DNA of 64,000 nucleotides from Clostridia bacterium (GTDB lineage Bacteria; Bacillota; Clostridia; Oscillospirales; CAG-382), in assembly GCA_017516825.1 (NCBI GenBank), contig JAFXBC010000037.1, positions 19,824-83,823 of the forward strand, in the 5' to 3' direction. Position numbers and translations under genes: made by a program. Within the stretch, counting starts at the first letter, position 1, and every line of letters starts with the position of its first letter. This document shows, in pieces, positions 17,707 through 25,342 of the stretch. The notes under the pieces were generated by a model. The model had not been told where the DNA came from. It made no database searches and was given only the letters and a program-made list of their open reading frames with translations.

Positions 17707-18563
17707 CACTTTGGAAAGGCGCTCCCGTGGCGAAAGCCATGGTGGAGGAAATGATCCCCGGGGTGGAGGAGCTGAAGGCCAAGGGGGTCACTCCCCGCCT
17801 GGCGGTGATCCGCGTTGGGGAAAGAGAGGACGACCTCTCCTATGAAAGAGGGCTGACCAAGCGCTTTGCTTCCGCAGGGGCGGAGGTGGAGACGGCGGCC
17901 TTGCCCGCAGACGTGACCCAGGAGGAATTGGAACGCTGTATTCTGGAATTGAACGGACGAAAAGACGTTCACGGCATTCTCATGTTTTCCCCCTTGCCTA
18001 AATCCTTGAACGAAGCCCGCGCCAGAGCGTTGCTTTCCCCCGCCAAGGACGTGGATTGTCTCACCGACGCCAACGCTTATTGCGTGTATGCGGGGAAGGC
18101 CGCCGATGGCGTTCCCGGCGTTCCGGGGTATCCGCCCTGCACCCCGCAGGCGGTTTTGGAGCTGTTGGATTTTTACGGCTACGACCTTACGGGGAAGAAC
18201 GTCACCGTGGTGGGGAGAAGCGCCGTGGTGGGCAAGCCCTTGGCCATGTTGCTTTTACACCGCAACGCCACCGTCACCATCTGCCATACCAAGACCCGTG
18301 ACCTTGCCGCCGCTTGCAAGCAGGCGGATCTGGTGGTGGTCTGTGCGGGGAAGGCGGGGTTGATCGGCAAAGAGCAGATCACCCCCGGGCAATCCGTGGT
18401 GGACGTGGGCATCCACGTGGTAGACGGCAACCTCTGCGGCGACGTGGATCCCGCCGTGGGCGACATCGCGGAAGGGTATACCCCCGTCCCCGGCGGCGTG
18501 GGCGCGGTGACCACCTCGGTGCTGTTGAAGCACACCGTGGACGCGGCAAAGCGAAGCATATAA
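17703..18563 (+). CDS. folD: Bifunctional methylene-THF dehydrogenase / methenyl-THF cyclohydrolase
   Basis: Start ATG 17703 overlaps the fchA stop (ATGA), with GAAGGAGG SD. LAVIRVGEREDDLSYERG, PCTPQAV and GRSAVVGKPLAMLLL motifs. Confidence 0.9.
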   Translation: MTLWKGAPVAKAMVEEMIPGVEELKAKGVTPRLAVIRVGEREDDLSYERGLTKRFASAGAEVETAALPADVTQEELERCILELNGRKDVHGILMFSPLPKSLNEARARALLSPAKDVDCLTDANAYCVYAGKAADGVPGVPGYPPCTPQAVLELLDFYGYDLTGKNVTVVGRSAVVGKPLAMLLLHRNATVTICHTKTRDLAAACKQADLVVVCAGKAGLIGKEQITPGQSVVDVGIHVVDGNLCGDVDPAVGDIAEGYTPVPGGVGAVTTSVLLKHTVDAAKRSI

Positions 18564-18569
18564 CGAAAG

Positions 18570-18606
18570 ACCCCGACGGTTTTGAATCCGTCGGGGTTTT
18601 GTGTTG
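18570..18606 (+). terminator. Intrinsic terminator after folD
   Basis: ccccgacgg-ttttgaat-ccgtcgggg followed by TTTTGTGTTG. Confidence 0.65.
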
Positions 18607-18624
18607 TCGTCTCGTATCAGTCGA

Positions 18625-19086
18625 TCATCCGACTATTTGGGTGATCACATAGATCAACGCAAGGAGGATAATTGCGTTGGGGACGGCAAGCCCAATGGCT
18701 TGCTTTCGCTTTTCCTTGGGGGTCAACGGGGGAATCGGGGCAGGCGGCTCCGGCAACGCCACGGTTCCTACTTCATCGGCAGTCAAGCGTTTTTTCTTCA
18801 GCCTTTTTTGAATGTCGGCAATGCGGTATTGTTCTTTGCAATCCAATGTAAGGTCGCAAGGTTCACAACACCAACGGTAACCGTACACGTCAAAGGTAGC
18901 GAACAGATAGTTGCCGCTCAATTGGCAATAGCGGAGATACCCCCGATCACCTCTTTTGACAGTTCGCTTGAAAAACTCTTTTCGGTTCATTTTTTCGCCG
19001 CACCGATAACAATACTGGTTTCCCGTAAAGAAGCCGTTGCGTTCAAATTCGCGAATGGTAATGGCCATAAAAATGATCAACTCCAT
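18625..19086 (-). CDS. Hypothetical zinc-ribbon-like, C-terminally membrane-anchored protein
   Basis: CYRCGEK...CCEPCD cysteine pairs and a C-terminal TM AIGLAVPNAIILLALIYVITQIV. Lower GC than neighbours. The start is uncertain (ATG 19086 or 19068). The track's longer N-terminus runs through repeat DNA and was trimmed. Confidence 0.4.
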   Translation of the reverse strand: MELIIFMAITIREFERNGFFTGNQYCYRCGEKMNRKEFFKRTVKRGDRGYLRYCQLSGNYLFATFDVYGYRWCCEPCDLTLDCKEQYRIADIQKRLKKKRLTADEVGTVALPEPPAPIPPLTPKEKRKQAIGLAVPNAIILLALIYVITQIVG

Positions 19087-19089
19087 TTC

Positions 19090-19790
19090 TTGAGAGGGAC
19101 GTATGCGGGCGATTCGTGAATCGCCCCTGCTGTCACCCTGAGCGGAGCAGGCGTGGGTGTCTCTTGTGTCTTGAATGGCAACAAATAAAGCCTGCAAAGT
19201 CGAAGTTTTGCGGAAGTAGTCGTCGCAACGCGACGATGGATGGAGCAAAACCAAGGGGTGCACAGCACCCCGAAGGGGTCTCCTACGAGTCTGATCTACC
19301 CCTACATAGGTGAACTTACATCCTTTGCGATGGAACAGTTCTTTAGCCTCGGAAGGGTACATCAAACTCTTAGTAGATCCCGCCTAACGGCGGTTTTGCT
19401 TCGAACGGTGCAATGCGGCCAATGCGGATCGAAAAAACGAGGTGTATTTATGCCGCTATATGCACCTTTCCTTCTCCGCAAAACTTCGGCGCGCGCAGAG
19501 ATGTGGTCTGTATGAAGCCATAGCGACTCGAATCCGCGCTTGCTCAGGATGACCAAGTCGGCGGACGGCTTCCGGCTTATGCGTGGTATCGTTTCGCCGA
19601 CGTTAAAAACAGCAAGCTGTTTTTGTTGAGATTTGGTTCCATCCCGCGCGGCCAACCCGAAGGGGTGGTATGCTCAGAGGATGACCAAGACGGCGTATGA
19701 CCTTATATCGTACATTGCCTCATCCCGCCGACGTTAAAAACGACAAGTCGTTTTTATTGAGTTTTGGTTCGGTCCCGCTCTCCGACTTGC
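19090..19790. repeat. Composite non-coding repeat locus B (families S, T, GCTCAGGGTGAC boxes, GGGCGATTC palindrome)
   Basis: Direct comparison with 54400-54965 and 46590-46615; see findings. No ORF here has an SD or coding-like conservation. Confidence 0.65.
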
Positions 19791-21547
19791 TATCTTCTCG
19801 TATAATTCCCCTTTGGCAAGGCGGAATTGCGGTAGGCTTCAACGATAGAACCCATTTCCGTTTCCGTTTCGGTGGTGAACAGCAAGGTCAGAAGTCCCAC
19901 GCCGCTTTTTTTCAGTTCCTTGCGCTTATCCAAGCGGTAGGTGGGCAGGGAATTATAGATCAGGTTTCTGTGTCCGTTTCCCCGCAGGATGGGGAAGGAT
20001 GCCCCCGTTCTGTCCACCAAGGAAGCGTGGCATTGCCCGCGGCTGTGGGTGCAATCCCCCTTCACGTTGCGGATGATACAGGTCTCGGTGTGCATGAGCG
20101 GCAGTCTGCCGTAGCCCAAGGCCTCGTATGCCAAAGGGGAGAAGCCGAACTCCTTGGGGTCGCTTTCCGGAGAAAGGAACAAAGAGGAGAAGGAATAGCC
20201 CTCTAAAAGCTTTGCCGTCTCCTTGTTGAACACGTTGAGGGGATAATCCCCGTGGAGGTAGAACTCCTTCACCAAATGCAACCCCGAAAGGTTGGGGATA
20301 GTAGCGTGGCGGACGCCTTTTGCGTAAGCTTTTTCCAAAAGCTTTTTGATCTGCCCTTCCTCGCGGTCGAAGGTGACCCTGGGCAGAATCACGCTGATCT
20401 TGTCTTCCAACCCCTTGATATCGGCTTCTTCCAGCCGCCAAAGGGGGATGTCGATACGGGCGGCATCGGCAAAGGGGGTGAGATCTCTCGGGATCCTGCC
20501 TTCAAACCGCGCCACGTAGCCCAACTGCTCCTTGGGAGAGAACAGGCGGGGAGCATCCTTTTCCGGCAATACCATGGGCAGGGGGGCTTCCTCCGTCTTC
20601 TGCCTTACGTAGGGCAGGGGCAGGCGAGGGGTGTTCTGCACCTTGGCGGTGTTTTTCTTGTCTTCCTCCCGTCTGATGCCGAACATACGGGGATCCACCT
20701 GCTTGTTGTAATACCCTGCGGTGAACCCACTGCGGGAGAAGGCGTTTTCCAGCCGCTTCAGCTCCGCCTCCGTGGGAACGCGACCTTCGTCCAGCAGACG
20801 GCGGTAAACGCTTGTCACGGCGTAGACGTAATCGGGAGCCTTCATCCGCCCCTCGATCTTCAAGGCGGTGACTCCCATTTGGTCAAGCTCTGTGAGGTAA
20901 GGCGCCAGGCAATTGTCTTTTAAGGACAGGGGATAGGGATTCTTCCCCTTATAGGGCAGACGGCAGGGCTGGGCGCATTCCCCTCGGTTGCCGCTTCGTC
21001 TGCCGATCATGGAGGACATAAGACAGCCCCCGCTTTCGCAAACGCAAAGGGCCCCGTGGACAAAGACCTCGCTTTCCACTCCGCTGTTTTGCACGAAGGA
21101 GGCGATATCCTCCTTTGCCATCTCGCGAGCCAACACCACTCTGGAAAAGCCCAGCTCCTTCAAGAGCTTGCCCCCCCCAGAGGCGTGCTGGCGCAATTGG
21201 GTGCTGGCGTGGAGGACTGCCTCGGGGAACCGTTCCTTCAAGGCTTTTGCAAGCCCCAAGTCCTGAACGATGTAGGCGTGGGGGCGGACTTCCTTTTGCA
21301 AAAAGTCCACGTATCGCAGAACGTCCGCAAACTCCTTGTCGCGGATCAGGGTGTTCAGGGTGATGAGGAGGTGGACGTTATGCTCACGGCAGAGCTTGCC
21401 CGCCTGCTGTAATTGCTTTTCGTCAAAATTCTTCGCCCCTGCGCGGGCGTTGAACTGCATGCCCCCCAGGTACACCTCGTCGGCACCGCCGTCGATGGCG
21501 GCGCGCAGGGCGTCAAAGCTTCCCGCAGGGGAGAGCAACAGTGCCAT
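19790..21547 (-). CDS. Peptidase U32 family protein (collagenase-like / RlhA-TrhP family)
   Basis: 585 aa. N-terminal MALLLSPAGSFDALRAAIDGGADEVYLG and E..VHGALC..ESGGC motifs typical of U32. Confidence 0.85.
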   Translation of the reverse strand: MALLLSPAGSFDALRAAIDGGADEVYLGGMQFNARAGAKNFDEKQLQQAGKLCREHNVHLLITLNTLIRDKEFADVLRYVDFLQKEVRPHAYIVQDLGLAKALKERFPEAVLHASTQLRQHASGGGKLLKELGFSRVVLAREMAKEDIASFVQNSGVESEVFVHGALCVCESGGCLMSSMIGRRSGNRGECAQPCRLPYKGKNPYPLSLKDNCLAPYLTELDQMGVTALKIEGRMKAPDYVYAVTSVYRRLLDEGRVPTEAELKRLENAFSRSGFTAGYYNKQVDPRMFGIRREEDKKNTAKVQNTPRLPLPYVRQKTEEAPLPMVLPEKDAPRLFSPKEQLGYVARFEGRIPRDLTPFADAARIDIPLWRLEEADIKGLEDKISVILPRVTFDREEGQIKKLLEKAYAKGVRHATIPNLSGLHLVKEFYLHGDYPLNVFNKETAKLLEGYSFSSLFLSPESDPKEFGFSPLAYEALGYGRLPLMHTETCIIRNVKGDCTHSRGQCHASLVDRTGASFPILRGNGHRNLIYNSLPTYRLDKRKELKKSGVGLLTLLFTTETETEMGSIVEAYRNSALPKGNYTRR

Positions 21548-22923
21548 TATTTGTATGCGATCTCACGGACGCGGAGATCGCCGTAGTTTGCGGAAATACG
21601 CAGTGCATCCCGTTCAAAGGAGAACACCTGGGTGTGGGGGGTGTCGGGATGCTTGCAGATCACCTTCACCACGTCTCCGCAGGTCTCGTAGGCACAGCGG
21701 AGGTGCAGCTCCTCGATCCACCCGTAATGGGGATCCAGGGAGTTGATGGAGGGATTGCAGTATTTCAGCATGGGGGCGCAATCCACCCACTTGCCGTTCC
21801 CCGCCAGAATGGTTTGTACGCCGTACCGAGTCTCCAACCGCACGCGGAGAAGGTCATTTTCCGTGTCCAGCTTGGCGGAAAGGAGTTCTATGTCGTTGGG
21901 AACAAAGTCGCAGACTTTGCGGATCTCTCCTTCTGCGGGCAGGGTGTCGTAGTGATGCTCCACCTCGGAGAGCAAGGCCTCCTCCGCGGAAGGATCCTCG
22001 GATTCAATGGCATCCAGCAGAGCGTAGATCCGCTCCACCTCGATCTGCATATTCCCCGCCTCTGCCTGGAGGGCAAAGACGGTATCCTCCTCGGGGAGGA
22101 TGATACAAAGCTGACCGTAGGCGCCGTCTCCGCGGAAGCCGCCTCTGTGGTTCACCCAGAACTGGTAGCCGTAGCCTGCCACCCAGTCGGGGGTGCCGTT
22201 ACTGCTGTTGTCGGCGATGGGCTGAACCGCCATGTCGCACCATTCCTCGCTGACCACGCGGACACCGTTATATACACCTTTGTTCTTCATCAGCATCCCC
22301 ATACGGAACAGAGCGTCGATGGGCAGGAAGATGCCGATGCCTCCCGTATGGGTGCCGTCGGCAAGGGTGAGGACTTGGGGCTTTTGGATGCCCAGCTTGG
22401 AGAACAGATACTTCTCCATAAAATCGTTCAGCTTCATGCCGCTGCGCTTTTCCACCGCCGCACCGCAAACGCAGGTGCCGCCCGTGGAATAAACGAAGGT
22501 GGTGCCGGGCTTGTAGACCACGGGCATGGCCAGGAAGGTCATCACGGCGTTGGAAGAAAACCGCATTTTATCCAGATGGCAGACGGTATGTCCCGACTGC
22601 ATGGAAAGCACGTCTCCCAGAGTCATGGCGGCCAGGTTCTCGGAGATCTCCTCGGGAGCGCACTCCGGGAAGATGTCGATCATCCTTTCCGTCACGTCCA
22701 GAAGCCCCATGTCCCGGGCGATGCCCACGGCCAGGGAGGTGAAGGACTTGGAGAGGGAATAGAGGTGCATGGCGTCCTCAGCCTTGTGGGGCGGGAACAC
22801 GGCGGAGACCTCCAGCCCCTTGCGGTACAGCTTGAAGGCGCGCAAATTCACTCCGTCGGCGGTGTTGTCCTTGATATATTGCAGGAGGGCTTGGGTGTTA
22901 CAGTCCCGATTCCATGTGATCAT
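21547..22923 (-). CDS. Serine hydrolase, beta-lactamase/PBP4*-related family
   Basis: SxxK motif (YSLSKSF). Start moved to ATG 22923 (MITWNRD) with GAGGAAG SD. Its stop overlaps the start of the U32 gene (TAATG). Confidence 0.75.
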   Translation of the reverse strand: MITWNRDCNTQALLQYIKDNTADGVNLRAFKLYRKGLEVSAVFPPHKAEDAMHLYSLSKSFTSLAVGIARDMGLLDVTERMIDIFPECAPEEISENLAAMTLGDVLSMQSGHTVCHLDKMRFSSNAVMTFLAMPVVYKPGTTFVYSTGGTCVCGAAVEKRSGMKLNDFMEKYLFSKLGIQKPQVLTLADGTHTGGIGIFLPIDALFRMGMLMKNKGVYNGVRVVSEEWCDMAVQPIADNSSNGTPDWVAGYGYQFWVNHRGGFRGDGAYGQLCIILPEEDTVFALQAEAGNMQIEVERIYALLDAIESEDPSAEEALLSEVEHHYDTLPAEGEIRKVCDFVPNDIELLSAKLDTENDLLRVRLETRYGVQTILAGNGKWVDCAPMLKYCNPSINSLDPHYGWIEELHLRCAYETCGDVVKVICKHPDTPHTQVFSFERDALRISANYGDLRVREIAYK

Positions 22924-23059
22924 AGGTGTTTCTTCCTCGCTTTTCTTGGTTTCTTCTTTGATTTTATCACAAAGGGAAAGATTCCGCAAGATGAACTTGA
23001 CATTTTTCTGCAAAAAAGGTATAATCCTTTTATGAAAATACAAACGGGAGGTATCCGTT

Positions 23060-23572
23060 ATGAAAAATAAAACGACCCGTGCTCTTTGCTCCGCCCTGGC
23101 CTTCGCCTTCGCCATGGGGATCCTGGGGCCCTATCAGTACGCAGGGCTTTCCGCGGCGGTGATGGTTGTGTTGCTGGCGGGGGTATCCTTGGAGCCCTTG
23201 TTCGCCGTCCTTTCCGTAGGAGCCTATCTTTTGGCAGGGCTTTGGCTGCCCATCTATCCCGCCGGCGGGAGAGGGACGGGCTACCTGCTGGGAGAGCGTG
23301 GAGGCTTCCTGTTGGCTTTGGTGCTGTGCGCTTTGGTGATCTCTGCCTTGATCAAGGGGTTGCGGAAGCGGCCCAAGATCTCTTCCCTCATCGGATTAGG
23401 GGTGGCCTTCCTTTTGTATTTCGGTATGGGGATCCTTTGGTACGTGGTGAAGACTGAGTCTTCTCTGATCGCCGTGCTGACATCCGGCTGGGGCGGCACC
23501 TGCCTGCTGTTCCTGCTGGACTGCATTCTGGCCTACGTGGCCGCAGGGCCTTTGAAAAAAGCGGTTCGCTAA
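23060..23572 (+). CDS. bioY: BioY-family biotin transporter S component (ECF)
   Basis: 170 aa, about 6 TM. GTGYLLGERGGFLLAL resembles the BioY GPTGGYLxGF motif. Confidence 0.6.
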   Translation: MKNKTTRALCSALAFAFAMGILGPYQYAGLSAAVMVVLLAGVSLEPLFAVLSVGAYLLAGLWLPIYPAGGRGTGYLLGERGGFLLALVLCALVISALIKGLRKRPKISSLIGLGVAFLLYFGMGILWYVVKTESSLIAVLTSGWGGTCLLFLLDCILAYVAAGPLKKAVR

Positions 23573-23583
23573 AAAAACGAATC

Positions 23584-23611
23584 AAAAAGAGCCTTTTGCA
23601 GGCTCTTTTTT
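23584..23611. terminator. Bidirectional intrinsic terminator between bioY and SBP-4
   Basis: aaaaagagcc-ttttgca-ggctcttttt, with an A-run before and a T-run after. Confidence 0.7.
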
Positions 23612-23617
23612 GTTGCT

Positions 23618-25168
23618 TTAGCCGTTGAGATCGTAAGCCGTGACGTAGGCGTCGATGGCCGCCTGAACGTTGGGCTTGATGGCCTCCAGGGTGGATGCTA
23701 CGGCTGTGGAGTTGTTGGAGATCAGATCTCCGAAGATATCGATACCGCCGAAGTTATACATAGAACCAAGGTCGTAGACCACGTTGCCGAAGATCAGATC
23801 CAGCATTTCCTCGGAACCGTCATCCTTCGCGGCACGGGACTTGAGGGCTACCTCGTAGTACGCGGGGGTCACGAAGTTCTTGCCGCCGCAGGCCAGGGCC
23901 TCGATCATATACGCGGAGAAGTTGGCGTCGGGCACGTTGACGGGGATACAGATACCGTAAGCCATGGAAACGCTGGCAGGGGTGTAGTATTTGTCCTGAT
24001 CCACGGTGGCCTTGGGAAGGGGAACGATGCCGTAGATGCTGTCCACGTCGTAGGCGCGGAGCTTCTTCAATGCGGAGAAGGCAGAGCCGCAGAACAAGGA
24101 ACGCTTGTTGCCGAAGGCGCCCATTGCCGCCTCCCAAACGTTACGCTCGGTCCATTGCTTTTCAATCTTCTGGGTGTTGATGAACCAGGAATCGTCCTGA
24201 TAGATCTCCAGAACCTTTTCTGCGTACCGAATGGAGGCTTCGGTAGAGCCCAGGGAGATCTGGGGGATGTCGTTTTGATCCTTGACGATCAGCTTGTTGC
24301 CGGAGGCGATGTACATGCCGCCGATGCCGTTGGTGCCCACCATGCCCCACTGGTCGTTGTAGGACATACCGCTGACACCGTCCTTTTCCATGGTAGCCAT
24401 ACGGCCCATTTCGTGCATGGTGTCAAAGGTCCACTTGCCGTCCCGCACCATCTGGTACAGATCACCGTAGGTCTCATGGCAGATCTCGGCATAAAGCTCC
24501 CTGTTGAACAGGATGCAAGAGGAAACGATCTTCTGCATGATGGAGATATCACCGGTGGTGAAATACAGCTTACCTGCCAAAGACAGGTTCTTGTTGGCCT
24601 CCTGATCCCACCAGGGCGCATCCAGATGGATGTAATCGGCAAAATCGTACAGGTTGTAGAAGCTGCCTTCCTGGGCGAGGGATGCCGCGCTTCCCATAAA
24701 GGGCATTGCCGCATCGTAGGTGGCGGCACCGGCGGAAAGATCCTGCTGCAGGGTGGTCACCACGTTATCTACCGCGAACGCCTTGACTGTGACGCCGTAT
24801 TGCTCCTCAATGAGACCGTTGCGGTCAAGGACGCCCTTTCTCAGAGCGTCGTCGGTGGTCTCAATGGGTTCGATCTCCTCGGAATGATACGTGTTCTGCA
24901 CAACGTTGTTGTACACGCAGACGGTGAAGGTGTTTCGATTGAAATTGAATTCCGGCATCTCCAGGTTTTCCAGGGTGTACATGTCGTTTTCATCCAGATA
25001 CTTGGAACCCGTATTGTCGGATTCCCCCTTGCTCTCGGTGCCGTCGGTGCTTGTTGCGGCGGTAGAGGAAGTGTCCGTGGTGCTTTCCCGGGCGCCACAG
25101 GCGGCAAACAGGGGGCAGGCAAACAAAAGTAAGCCGAGAAGGAGTGCTAACGTTCGTCTTGATGTCAT
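23618..25168 (-). CDS. Solute-binding-protein-type lipoprotein, distant paralog 4
   Basis: 516 aa. Lipobox LFAAC, GGAAAGGAA SD. It shares the architecture and the PWWDQ and GDI motifs with SBP-1 to SBP-3, but only distantly. Confidence 0.6.
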   Translation of the reverse strand: MTSRRTLALLLGLLLFACPLFAACGARESTTDTSSTAATSTDGTESKGESDNTGSKYLDENDMYTLENLEMPEFNFNRNTFTVCVYNNVVQNTYHSEEIEPIETTDDALRKGVLDRNGLIEEQYGVTVKAFAVDNVVTTLQQDLSAGAATYDAAMPFMGSAASLAQEGSFYNLYDFADYIHLDAPWWDQEANKNLSLAGKLYFTTGDISIMQKIVSSCILFNRELYAEICHETYGDLYQMVRDGKWTFDTMHEMGRMATMEKDGVSGMSYNDQWGMVGTNGIGGMYIASGNKLIVKDQNDIPQISLGSTEASIRYAEKVLEIYQDDSWFINTQKIEKQWTERNVWEAAMGAFGNKRSLFCGSAFSALKKLRAYDVDSIYGIVPLPKATVDQDKYYTPASVSMAYGICIPVNVPDANFSAYMIEALACGGKNFVTPAYYEVALKSRAAKDDGSEEMLDLIFGNVVYDLGSMYNFGGIDIFGDLISNNSTAVASTLEAIKPNVQAAIDAYVTAYDLNG

Positions 25169-25221
25169 AATCTTGGTTCCTTTCCAAAAGATCCCCCAAA
25201 AGAGGATTTTGATACAGAATC

Positions 25222-25250
25222 ATTATACCGCTTCCCGCTCTATCTGTCAA
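25222..25250 (-). promoter_or_regulatory. Candidate sigma-A promoter of SBP-4 (TTGACA-17-TATAAT)
   Basis: Minus strand has TTGACA (25250-25245), a 17-nt spacer and TATAAT (25227-25222). Confidence 0.5.
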
Positions 25251-25301
25251 TCTGCATTTGTCCTAAAGAGGGCATGGCATTGTTGGCGAAAATTACGGAA
25301 G

Positions 25302-25338
25302 AAAAAACGCACCCGCTTTCAAAGCAAGTGCGTTTTTT
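25302..25338 (-). terminator. Intrinsic terminator of the giant gene
   Basis: aaaaaacgcac...gtgcgtttttt hairpin immediately after the stop at 25343. Confidence 0.6.
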
Positions 25339-25342
25339 GTGT

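Noticed and set aside
19087-19365. N-terminal 93 codons of track ORF 18625-19365.
   Set aside because: This part runs through the GGGCGATTC palindrome and family S repeat DNA. The gene was trimmed to start at 19086 or 19068.
19515-19545. tRNA-like T-arm string cgactcgaatccgcg. A tmRNA or RNase P possibility was also considered in loci B and F.
   Set aside because: No acceptor, D or anticodon arms can be drawn, and there is no CCA-proximal acceptor pairing. No tmRNA or RNase P signature strings are present.
19240-19655. ORFs inside repeat loci: 19240-19515 (+), 19362-19655 (-), 19077-19268 (-), 54604-54795 (-), 54786-54968 (-) and 4264-4629 (-).
   Set aside because: They have no SD. Differences between repeat copies hit all codon positions and preserve hairpins rather than amino acids. 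The sequences are arranged as inverted copies.
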